A program made the position numbers and the translations under genes. A stretch of DNA of 64,000 nucleotides, taken from positions 68,309,574 to 68,373,573 of the forward strand of contig NC_085841.1 of the NCBI RefSeq assembly GCF_035594765.1. Direction: 5' to 3'. Every line of letters begins with the position of its first letter. Position 1 is the first letter of the stretch. Shown piece after piece: positions 34,783 through 46,293 of this stretch. This stretch comes from Anolis carolinensis (Eukaryota). A model generated the notes under the pieces. The model ran no database searches, was not told the DNA's origin, and saw only the letters and a list, made by a program, of their open reading frames with translations.

Positions 34783-35161
34783 GCTGGATCCCATTCAGAG
34801 ACTAATATAGTTTTACAAATTCTGAAACTTTATGGGCTTGCTTGCAGTGTTAAACGTGTCCGGGGATGGTGGTGGTGGTGGATATCAAGTCTGTCTAAAA
34901 CCCCACCCTGCCCCATCCCACTGCACTCCAGTCACCCATAGCAGCTAAAAAATTATTTTTGACAAAAAATGTAAAAAAAATCCTTAAAAATCAGGAGATG
35001 TGTTAATAACTTTAATGAAATAGTAACAAAATTTCATTACTACCATAATAGTAATGAAATTTTTACTAACCATAATTTAGAAACACTTTAGAAACAAAAT
35101 GCTGGTGGCCCCTAATTTTGTAATGACCTTTGAAACATTTTTTATGGGTCATACAGCCCTA
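33960..35161. mobile_element. hAT-like non-autonomous element with internal inverted and direct repeats, left end unclear
   Basis: Ends atacagcccta; 34240-34300 inverted against 34942-35002; 34452-34492 inverted against 34530-34571; resembles 57835-57980; (GGA)n at 34727-34782. Confidence 0.55.
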
Positions 35162-35674
35162 ATATATTCCTATGTATGTGTAGATTGTAGTGTATTTTGA
35201 ATCTTGCAATAAAAATACAAAATTACGAATACCTCTGGAAGATGGGGTAGATGATAAATAAGGGGTGGGAAATAACTACAAAGCATAAGAAATTGGGGAC
35301 TTCCAGTGAGGCAAGATGGTGGCAGGTTGGATTTCTTGAGGGCTCTCAAGAAGCCAGCCAAGCGAGACTATTGGGTTGAGCTATAAGCTCCCTCTGCCTG
35401 GCGGATCGAGCCCAGGGAGACAGCTAAACTCATAGGGCAGCCAATCAACGGACCCAAATAGCTCCCGTTCCTCAAGAGTGGGCACCCAAGGGACCCGGAG
35501 TGGTTGCCCACAGGGTACGGGGATCGCAGCGAAGTGATCCAGATCATTTTTAGAAAATAAGAACAGAGAAGAAGAAACAGAGGAATTGGAAAGAAAAAAT
35601 AAGCTTTGAATAAAACCCCCATCTTTACCGGCAATAGACTTCACCTTAAAGTAAAAATATAAGAAAAAGAAATT

Positions 35675-38600
35675 AGGGAAAGAATACTATGCTTCGAGAG
35701 ATGAGAAAAAATGTGGTGTATGTTAGAGATATGTTAAAGAATATGTTAAAGAAGAAATGCCATCTAAACTGATCTTCAAAGACAATAACGGGAGATTCTT
35801 AGGGGTAACCATTACAATAAATAATCAAACAATTCTAATCTGTAATATATATAGCCCAAATGGAGCCAAAACTAAATTTATAAAAGAAACAAATTGAAAA
35901 GTACGATTATGATGATTTAATCATTTTAGGGGATTGCATTTGATTTATCAAAAGACAAAACTAATAAGGAATGAAGGAAAACAAAATCCAAAACTAGCCA
36001 ATTACCAAAACAATTCATAACATTAATGGAAAACTTAAATCTCAAAGATATGTGGAGAGAACAAAACGAAGAAGAGAAGGACTATACTTTCTATTCGAGT
36101 AGACATAAAACATGGTCCAGAATAGACATGGCATGGGCTACCAATTCATTAATGACCAAATTAAAAACAGTACAAATAATGTCATGTCTATTTTCAGACC
36201 ACTGCACCTTAGAGATAAAAATAAAAGTAAAAAAACCTCAATACAGATGGCAATTTAATGAAAACCTAAAAAAACAAGAAGACATACAATTAAATAAACA
36301 TTATTTAAAGAATATTTAGAATTTAATAAAGGGGAAGAAACTTCAAAAACAACACAATGGGAGGCATGTAAAGCCGTAATGAGGGGATATTTAATTCAAC
36401 AAGCTAAAATTAAAAACAAAAGGAAGCAAAAAGAAATAAAAGAAATAATTGAGAAAATAACACACAAAGAAGAGCAATAAAAAAGAATCCCTATAACAAA
36501 AAATAAATAGAAATTTAGAAATACTAAGAAAACAGCTACAACTACTACAGACGGAGGAATTGACTAAAACATTACAATTTATTAAACACTATCATTTTCA
36601 AAATGCTAATAAGATAGGGAGATGGTTAGTAAACAAAATAAAGGGAAAAAACAAAAGAAACTTATTACAAAAATAAAAAAAGACGGAAATATATATCAAG
36701 AGGAAAGTCAAATTTTCAAGCAATTTGTAAATTTCTATAAAAATCTATAAAAAAGAACATGTATCTAAAGAAGATATAACGAAACACATTTGCCAATTAA
36801 AATTATCAAAAATAACAGAAGATCAGAGAAAACTATTAAATGACCCAATATCAATGAGTGAAATAGATTTGGCTATAAAAGGGCTTAAAAACAACAAGGC
36901 ACCTGGCCCAGATGGGTATACAGCACAATTCTACAAAACATTCAAGGGCGAGTTGTCACCACTATTAAAAGATATACTAAACAATATACTGGAAAATAAA
37001 AACATGCCCAAATCATGAGAAAGGCAAATATAACATTCATTCATAAAGAAAACACAGACCCCATGGAAATAAATAACTACAGACCAATCTCCCTTTTAAA
37101 CAATGATTATAAAATCTTTACCCAAATAATGGCAAATAGACTAAAAAAATTTTTTTAAAGGATTGGATTTCAGAAGATTAGGCTGGCTTTTTGCCAAAAA
37201 GACAAATTAAAGATAACCTCAGAATTTTAATAAATACTATAAAATACTACGAAGCACATAATGAGAAAGAACTGGCCCTATTGTTTATTGACGCTGAAAA
37301 AGTGTTCGATAAAATAAATTGGGAATTCATATTACTTCAAGAATTGGACATAGGACAAAACTTTCAAAAGGCAATAAAAGCAATTTATTACAACCAAGAG
37401 GCAACAATTATATTAAATGGTAAAGAAAGCAAATCGACAATTAATATAAAAAGAGGCATTAGACAAGGCTGCCCCCTGTCTCCTCTACTATTTATAATCA
37501 TAATGGAAACCCTAATAAAAGAAATAAAAGAGGACAAAACTTTGGAGGGATTAAAAATAAAAAACAATTGTTATAAAATTAAATCGTATGCAGATGACGT
37601 GGTCTGTATAATTGAAAATCCACTTAAAAACCTAAATTGCTGGATCAAAAAAATTGAAAATTTTGGAAACTTGGCTGATTTTAAACTAAATAAAGGAAAA
37701 ACTAAGATAATAACCAAAAACATGGACAAAAAGAAAAAATGAGAAAATACAAATATATCAGGACTTAAAATAGTTAAAAGTATTAAATATTTAGGAATAC
37801 AATTCACGGCAAATAATTAAAATTTATTTATTTATTTATTTATTTATTTACAACATTTATATCCCGCCCTTCTCACCCGAAGGGACTCAGGGCGGCGTAC
37901 AAATTGGCAACAATTCAATGCCTGCACATAATTAAAACAGCAATGAAAATCCAATAAAACAATAGAAAAATATAAAACATATGATTAAAATCCATTCCTC
38001 CAAAATCCTTGTGCTGTAGCCGTAAATCAGTCCAGGGTCGTCTATTATCATTTAATCTTTGAATTACTAAAAAATAACTATGAAACAACATGGAAAAAAA
38101 TACAAACAGATCTAGAAAAATGGAAATTCCTAAATATTTCCTTAATGGGCAGAATCGCAATAATAAAAATGATGGTCCTACCAAAATTATTATACTTATT
38201 TCAAGCCCTACCAATCATCAGAACCAATCGTGTATTTAAAATATGGACCAAAGATATGAATAAATTCTTATGGAAAAATAAAAAAGCCAGAATCAACTCA
38301 AATTTATTAAGAGACGACAGAACACGAGGAGGAATGGGTCTACCAGACTTAAAATGCTACTATGAAGCATGCAGCTTAATCTGGTTAAAAGATTGGACAA
38401 CTTTGAAAAACAGCAGATTATTAAATTTAGAAGGGCATGATCTTAGATCTGGATGGCACAATTACATCTGGTATGACAAAAGAAAAACAGGAAAAAAAAC
38501 TTTAGTAATCACTTTATAAGAGCCTCTCTAATTAAAGTATGGGAAAAATACAAAGAAAGATTTTATAGTAAAACCCGCCTCTGGATTTCCCCATAGAAGC

Positions 38601-39775
38601 TAAACATAACAGAGAATTTAGTACAAAGAATTGGTTAACATACCAACAAATATTAAAAAAGATTGATAACGAGTACAAAATAAAAACTCATACAGAAATT
38701 ACACAAACAAATAAACATATTTCATGGTACCAGTACTATAAATTACAAATAAGCTTTAAAGAAGATGCTAAAAAGGGATTCAATCAAGAATGGGGAACAT
38801 GGGAAATTATAATGAAAAATACCCCAAAAGTTGATAAAAATATTATACGAACAACTACTAAAATGGGCAACAGAAGAGAAATACATAAAAGAATGTATGA
38901 TAAAATGGGCAAAAAACATAGGCCATAGTTTGAATTTGTAACAATGGGAAAAAAATTGGAAAGAGAAACTAAAATATACAGCTGCAATGGATATTAAAGA
39001 AAACTGGTACAAGATGCAATACAGATGGTATTACTCCCCAGAAAAATTATCAAAATTTAATAAAAAGAAATCTAATATGTGTTGGAAATGTGGGGAAAAA
39101 ATTGGAACATTTTTTATCAATGGTGGACCTGTGAGAAATTAAAAGAATTTTGAAAGACAATACATCAAATAACACAGAAAATCATAGGAATCAAATTTAA
39201 ATTAGAATCTGAAATGTATTTACTAAGCTTTACAAATTCAAAATTAAAAAAAAATGAAGACAGAATATTTTTCTACATAAGCACAGTGGCCAGACTAACA
39301 ATAGCGAAAGTTTGGAAAGGGAAAAAACTTCCTACTTCCGAGGAATGGTTAATCAGATTCTTGGACATGATACAAATGGATAAGCTAACACAAAAAAATA
39401 AGAGAGGGTAAAAATAAAACAGACTGGACAAACTTCATAAAATTCTTGATAAAAAGAAGAGTGGACTTCACGATAGACTTTTCTACAATATAAAATGGTT
39501 TAAGCAAAAAGAGACTAAAGGAAAATACCAATATGTAATCAACGAAAGAGAAAACTCCAAGGTCAAGTTGGGAAGTCAACCAATATTTTTATTCTCTCCT
39601 TTTTTCTTTTTTTTTCTTTTTTGTTTCTTTCTTTCTTTTTCCCCCCTCTGGTTTTCTCTTTTCACCTATTTCCAGAATCCTTTCACCTCCCTCACTTTCC
39701 TATCAATATATTGTTCCACCACTTTCGATGTATTATGTTTCTTTACAAAATAAAAAATAATAATGAAAAAAAGAA
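35675..39775 (+). mobile_element. 5'-truncated L1 inserted in the 5' region of the outer L1
   Basis: 14-bp TSD aagaaaaagaaatt at 35661-35674 and 39776-39789; CNIYSPN, RIDMAW, SDHC, APGPDG, YRPISLLN, DAEKVFD, RQGCPLSP, YADD (~37587), CWKC...WWTC (~39080-39132); A-rich tail. Confidence 0.93.
37822..38060 (-). mobile_element. L2 3' UTR/tail inserted antisense in the inner L1 ORF2
   Basis: (ttta)n then atcccgcccttctcacccgaagggactcagggcggcgtaca; L1 frame LGIQFTANN | ELLKNNYE resumes across it. Confidence 0.88.
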
Positions 39776-40636
39776 AAGAAAAAGAAATTGTTTCTCCATG
39801 GTGATTAGTTAACGAAAGACTAGAATGAGCCCAAGATTGGATTGCATGAAATAACAAAGGGGAAAAGTAATCTTAACGAGGAAGATTGCAACAGGGAAGA
39901 TATATACATAACTGACCTTGGGAGACATATTGTTTTGACTATGCTGGACTGTTCTTTAAACAAAGAAGATCACAGATGTGGCAGAGGGCAGGAGGCAAGC
40001 TGAGAATAGAACAAAGAGATAGAGAAGCAGTGATCCTCTCAGAGACCATAGTGAAAAGGAGGGAGGAAAAGGAAAGGCTGCCCAAGGAGGAAGTGACAAC
40101 AAAATCCACCAGAGGAGGGAGATCCGGTACCATCGAGAGAGGAAGCAGTAAGATAGAGAAGGCACAAGAAGACAGGAAGTGATGAAACGGGACTATAAAA
40201 GTATGGTGGCAAAAGAACAGAATTGGGAGTGAGGCAAGCAGAAAAGTGAAGAAACACCAACAAAAGAAGAGGGAAAGGAAACGGAAATGGGCAATGGATT
40301 AAACAAAGAAGAAGACAGACAAAGGATACCCCATTTAAGCTTAGAAGATTGCAGCAATGAGAGGGAGAAGGAACTAAGGATAAAGGAAGGTAGAGGACAT
40401 CGGACACACCACAGCGAGATGATGAGACGAGGAAACAACGGGGCAATGGGACAACAAGATCAAGAGTTAACGTGACAACGATAGGAAAGGACGACAAGAT
40501 CAACAGGATGAAAGGAAAATCAAGAAAAGAAGGAAGAGGACGACTATTGTTTATAGTGACAAGAGTGTGAGTTATAGTGATATAGAGAAGAAAGAACAAC
40601 TGAAAGTTTTGGAAAGCTGAGATTGAAGTGAGTAAA

Positions 40637-41964
40637 ATGACTACATTTAAATTCAAAATGGACAAAGAGGGTAAAGACACAAAAGGATTGCAAAGGAGAT
40701 TTTCATTGTCAGAAGAAATAGGTTTAAAAGACAGTATGAAGGAAATAAAAAAAGAGAGAAACAGGATGCTTACCAAAAACTCTTTCAAGATCAGATGTTA
40801 AATTACAGAAGAGTTGGAAGCTATGAAGAAGGATATTAATACATTGCAACTGGAAATACAAGGAACAGGAAACAAAAACAGAAAAACGTCACAATAAAAT
40901 TTAAGCCAAAATCTAGACTATAGAATCCAAGAACCAAAAATTGGAATTAAAACAGGAGTTAATGAAACAAAGGGAACTAGAGTACCAATTAAGATTTAGA
41001 AACATAAAGGAAGAAAATAAAGAGAATATCAGACAAATAATTATACAGTTAACAGCAAAAATAACAAATGACTAATGGTGAGATAGATATGGAGATTGAC
41101 AGGGCCTACAGAATTTCTACAAGTTATGCAAGGAGAAATAAAATATCCAGAGATGTTATAGTTCATTTGTTTTTTTTCTTGTCCCTTCTCAGGTATGCAA
41201 GAGGGAAATGCCTCTTTTAATTTTCTTTCCCCCCCACCTTAATACATTTTTATTACATTTCTATTCATTCTGTTACAGAAGAAAGAAAAATCTTTACAAT
41301 TCATATAGTTAATTCTTGTTTCCTTCCTCCAGTGTGCCACCAATTGTGCTCCCCATCACCAGAGTCCCTTTCTTTATAGTCCCACCAGAACCTCATTTCT
41401 TTTGGTGAGGGTTGGTTCCCATCTTCTCTCCTTAATGTTTCTTCGATAAATTTCTTCCATATACTTTCAAAATATTTTTCCTTAGGCCTTTTTTAACATT
41501 TAAATTACATGTTAATTTATCATTTATTGCTAATTTCCAAGGAAAAGAGTGAGAGATGAAATTCTGAAACAGACTAGTAAACAACCTATCTACTATAAGG
41601 ACAAAAAGTAGCAATTTTGAAAAAATTCCCAACAGCAACATTAATTAAAAGAAGAAAGTACATGTTCTTGACAGAGGAATTGAAGAAATTGCATATTAGA
41701 GTCCATTGGGAAAGAACTGAAGGGATTATGGTAACATACAAGGAAGAAAGATACCAGCTTACATCTGAAGAAAAGGCTAAAGATTTTTTTATAAAAGATT
41801 GAAAAGAAATACAGAGAGTAAGGACCCATGGGGAAAAAAAGACAAGAAAGAAAAAAGAGATCTAGAGAAGAATCACCAGAGAAAGAGGATTTATCAGAGG
41901 GAATGGAATCACCAAATTTAGATGACTTGAGGAGGAGAATACGGAAAAAGAGGAAAAACATTAA
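40637..41964 (+). pseudogene. L1 ORF1 of the outer element (disrupted)
   Basis: MTTFKFKMDKE..., coiled-coil-like region, QLRFRNIKEE, EIDRAYRI...SRDVIVH | KRVRDEIL...RRKYMFLTEEL; interrupted at 41169-41540. Confidence 0.85.
41169..41540 (-). mobile_element. L1 3' end inserted antisense in ORF1 of the outer L1
   Basis: poly-T at 41169; minus strand reads WKLAINDKLTC..VKKGLRK.. (L1 ORF2 C-terminus-like) then 3' UTR; no clear TSD. Confidence 0.75.
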
Positions 41965-41965
41965 G

Positions 41966-44900
41966 ATGGAGGGAACAATAAAATGGTACTCAAACCATGT
42001 TAATGGACTAAACTCACCAAATAAGAGAAATAAAGTCTTTGATCAGATCAAAAAGGAAGGTATGACATTGTGGCATTACAAGAAACTCACATATCGCAAA
42101 AACATGTTGTGCATTTAACACAAAAAAATTAGGAAAACCATTTTATTCCTCCATAAAAAAGAGAGGGGTGGTGTCATATGTAAAGGACAAGATACTGTCT
42201 TAGATAGTATTCAAGGACCAAGAGGGAAGGATTGTAGGAATTTTCATCCATGCAAAAAGCAAAAAAAAAAAAATTAATATGTAATATTTATGCCCCAAAT
42301 GGCCCTAAAACTCATTTTGTAAAAAAGTTAAAAGAATTAATATCAGAGCAGGAATTTGATAATCTAATCATCCTGGGAGATTTCAATGGAATAATGGACT
42401 CAGGAATAGACAAAACTAATGAATGCAAAAGGAAAAAGGTGTGTGTGGGGGGGAGGGGGGACCTACCAAAAACTTCTATAAACCTGCAACAAGAATGTAA
42501 CTTGCAAGATGTATGGAGAAGCCACCACCCCGGAGAAAGAGACTATACTTTTTATTTAAACAGACACCAGGGATGGCCTAGAATAGACATGGTCTGGGCA
42601 TCAAATTTTTTAATAATGAAAATTACAAAGATAAAAATATTAACTAGGGTACACTCAGACCATTCCCCAATAGAACTCATAGTAAATGAATCAAGGAAGG
42701 ACATTAAGAAAAATAAAGTTTTATTAAAGGAGTAATTAATGATACACCTGAAGTCAAAATACAAACAATTTGGGATGCCAGTAAGGCCATTATGAGAGGC
42801 CATTTTAGTAGAAAAAACTCATGGAGAAATAAATTAAGAAACCAGAGCTTAAAGAAATTGCAGGAACAAATGACAGTAATAGAAATGAAGCTGAAAAAAC
42901 CCCAGTAAATCAAGAATTGAAGAAAGAATTAGAGATATAGAGACAACAAAAAAACCACCTAGAATTTGAACAATTGGCCAAGAAATTAAAATTTGCTAAA
43001 CAAGATCATTTTCAGAATACAAATAAGCCAGGTAGATGGCTATCTCAAAAAATCAGGAGGAAGACACAAACCCAACATGTCACTAAAATAAATGCCAATG
43101 GTAAGACATACCTGACAGATAAAGAGATACTGGAACAATTTGAAAAAAATTATAAGAAATTCTATGTAAAGTGTTAAATTAAGAAAGAGAATATAGTACA
43201 GTACTTGGGAAGACAAAGAATTCAAAAAAATTACAGACAATCAAAGAGAGACATTAAATAAAAGAATCACGGAAGAGGAAATACATAAAGCAATTAAAAA
43301 TGGACTCTAATAAGGCACTAGGACCCAATGGTTTTACTACAGTATACTATAAAACTTTTGAAGAAGAATTGATGCCATACCTTACAAAATTAATGAACAA
43401 TATTCTCAATCAAGAAGAGAATCGGATTAAAGAAAACCAAACTGGGTTTCTTCCAAATAAACAATTAAAAGATAATGTGAGAATTATAATAGATATAATT
43501 GAGTTTTACAAGATGAATAATCGAAAAGAAGTGGCCTTACTCGCATTGGATGCAGAAAAGGCCTTTGACAATCTTAATTGGGACTTCTTGAAAATTTATC
43601 AGTTTCTAAACGCGATAAACACTATATATGAAGAACAAACTGCAAGAATCGGGATAAATGGAAAGGAGACCAAGGACATAGGAATAAGTAAGGGCATCAG
43701 GCAAAGATGCCCCTTATCACCCCTTATCTTTATATTATCAATGGAAATATTATTAAACAGGATAAGTGAAGATGACACACTAAAGGGCACCAAAATAGGA
43801 AAACGGCAATATAAAGTAAGGGCGTTCGCAGACAACATAATCTGCATTACAGAAGACCCTTTAGCTAATATACAGAAATGGACAAACAAAATAGAAGAAT
43901 TTGAATCCTTATCTGGATTTAAAATTAATACTAAGGAATCTAGGTTGTTGACTAAAAATATAACTAAGAAAAAACAGGAAAGTTTAAAAGAGCTCTCTGG
44001 ACTACAAGTTACTAATAAAATTAATTACCTAGGAATCACAATTATGGCAAAGAATTCTCAGCTGCTAGATAATAATTATGAAAGAAAATGGAACAAAATT
44101 AAAAGAGATTTAGAAAATTGGAAAAATCTGAATTTGTCACTATTGGGAAGAATTTTGATAATGAAAATGAATACACTGCCAAAAATGTTGTATCTCTTCC
44201 AAAACTTACTGATAATAAGAAATATGAAAATATTCAAAGAGTAGAACAAGGATCTGACAAAGTTTATTTGGCAAGGAAAGAAAGCCAGAATTAAATATTT
44301 GCATCTAATAGATGAGAAAAAGAGAGGTGGATTAGGAATGCCAATTTTAAAAACATATTATGAGGCCTGTGGCCTACTATGTTTAGGATTGGACAACGTT
44401 AGATAAAGAAAAAATACATACCATTGAAGGACATGACTTACTAATTGGCTGGCATGCATTCCTTTGGTATGGAAAAACAAAAATAGAAAAAAAAATGGGA
44501 ATCATTTTATTAGTTCAGCAATAATAAAAATATGGGAAAGATATAGGATGAGATAATACCTTAAAATTCCTCTCTGGATCTTGCCATTGGAAGCTGGTAA
44601 TAGAAGACTACTAGGCTGGGAGAAGTGGCCCACTAACGAAGACATGTTGAAGAAGATTTATGGAAAAGTAGAAATGAGATCAAAGGAAGAAATTAGGTCA
44701 AAATACAAAAATTTCTCATGGTTCCAGTATAGACAATTAAGAGAATATTATAACAAAGATAGGATAGAAGGATTTATGGATAAAGAAACATTCTGGGACA
44801 GGATAATGATTTTGGGGAAAAAAATAATTACAAAAATTTATAAGAAACTTCTGGAATGGGTAACGGAAACAGAAACAGTCAAAGATTGTATGATTAAATG

Positions 44901-45483
44901 GGCAACTAATATAGGACAACCAATAACAGTGGATCAATGGGAAAACATCTGGAACTGTAAAATGAGACAAATGTACTCAAACAATCTGAGGGAGAATTGG
45001 CTTTAAAGGATTTATAAATGGTACCTAACACCTGAAAAACTAGAATTTTTTAATAAAAATATGCAGAATACATGCTGGAAATGTAAAAACAAAACAAAAC
45101 AGGAGGGGTCTTTCTTCCATATGTGGTGGACATGTAATAAGGTGAAAATTTTTTGGAAAGAAATTCATGAAATAATTCAGAAAATTTAAAAATTTAAATT
45201 TCAGAAGAACTCAGAACACTTCCTTTTGGGAATAGTTGATATGAAATTAGAATTTATGATGAGTTGTTATTTAATTATTTGGTCACGGCGGTGAAAATTA
45301 CATATGCAAAAAATTGGAGACAAGAAGAAACCCCTGATATAGACCACTGGCTGATCAAAGTAATGGAAACAAAAAATATGGATAAATTTACATGTTTACT
45401 AAAACAACAACAAAGATTAGCGAAGAGAAGCACAGAGTGACAACCTTTTTTGGATTATATGAAAAAAGAAAAGAAAATGTTAA
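41966..45483 (+). pseudogene. L1 ORF2 (EN-RT-CCHC) of the outer element (disrupted)
   Basis: NHVNGLNSPNKR, CNIYAPN, LGDFN, RIDMVW, SDHSP, LDAEKAFD, GIRQRCPLSP, FADN, CWKC...HMWWTC; YRPISL block deleted near 43415. Confidence 0.92.
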
Positions 45484-46249
45484 TAAAACAAGTTTAGATA
45501 TAAAGATATGAAATATTATTACCCATGGAAGATAATGACAATATAGGGAAACTGGATAAAAGTTAAAGTTAATGTACCAATGGAAATAGACTATTACATT
45601 CTGGATGGCAAGGATGTGGAGTGGAAGACCACGAAGTAGTTTTTTAGGGTTTTTTCTTTTTCTTTTTTTCTTTACTCTTTTTTCCTTCCTATGACCTTTC
45701 CTACTTTTCTTTAATCATATTGTTCTCCCACTTTCAATGTAAAAGAATTTATTTTTTCTCTTTTTTATTTTTATCTTATCTTCAATAAAATTTTATAAAG
45801 CATAAGAAATTGAATGGAAAAGAGATTAAAAGAAGACACACCCAAAGAGGAACAAATAATAATTAAATAATAACCCCAAATGCAATGGCATCTGTAATGC
45901 CAGCCAGAGAGTAAGGCAAGCAGACAAGATCTCTGGGGAATGTGTGTGGAAGAAGGTGAATGAATAGCCTTGGACGACTAAGGCCAATATACTGGAGTGG
46001 GGGATCATGTTCATAGATAGAAAAGGAAAAATGTGGCTGAAATGGAAATAAGGAAAGAACAGGAAGAAAAACAAGAAGTGCAGGAAAAGGAATGTAGACA
46101 GAGGAAATGAAGGGCTGAAGAGAAGTCAACTGTGGTATCATTGTAGGAGAGGAGCTCTGGTAAGCTAGGGCAGGTGTTGGGGAGGAGGCACATGGAAAGA
46201 AAAAAGACGATGTACAGACTGAGGAGATGTAGCCATGAAAGCTGGTCAA

Positions 46250-46293
46250 GGGGTGAGAAGGGCGGAATATAGATACTGTAAATAAATAAATAA
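46250..46293 (+). mobile_element. extreme 3' tail of an L2-tailed SINE or L2
   Basis: ggggtgagaagggcggaatatagatactgtaaataaataaataa. Confidence 0.8.

Larger units (their letters stand above)
35296..45796 (+). mobile_element. full-length (decayed) L1 LINE hosting three nested insertions
   Basis: 16-bp TSD aaagcataagaaattg at 35280-35295 and 45797-45812; 5' start gggacttcc...caagatggtggc (YY1-like); ORF1, ORF2, pyrimidine-rich 3' UTR, aataaa at 45784. Confidence 0.93.

Noticed and set aside
34711-34941. RGG-box-like ORF
   Set aside because: Translation of a (GGA)n microsatellite inside a DNA transposon remnant
35296-35700. L1 5' UTR joined directly to ORF2, suggesting a spliced ORF1-less L1
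   Set aside because: The 14-bp and 16-bp TSDs show this is a nested insertion junction
40039-40788. 249-aa hydrophobic antisense ORF in the L1 5' region (ORF0 analogue)
   Set aside because: Expected from the T-poor plus strand; low-complexity F/L/S/P composition and a non-ATG start; no independent support
41828-42118. Apparent in-frame ORF1-ORF2 fusion
   Set aside because: The alternative frame gives an acidic ORF1-like tail (EEENTEKEEKH*), so a decay frameshift is the simpler explanation
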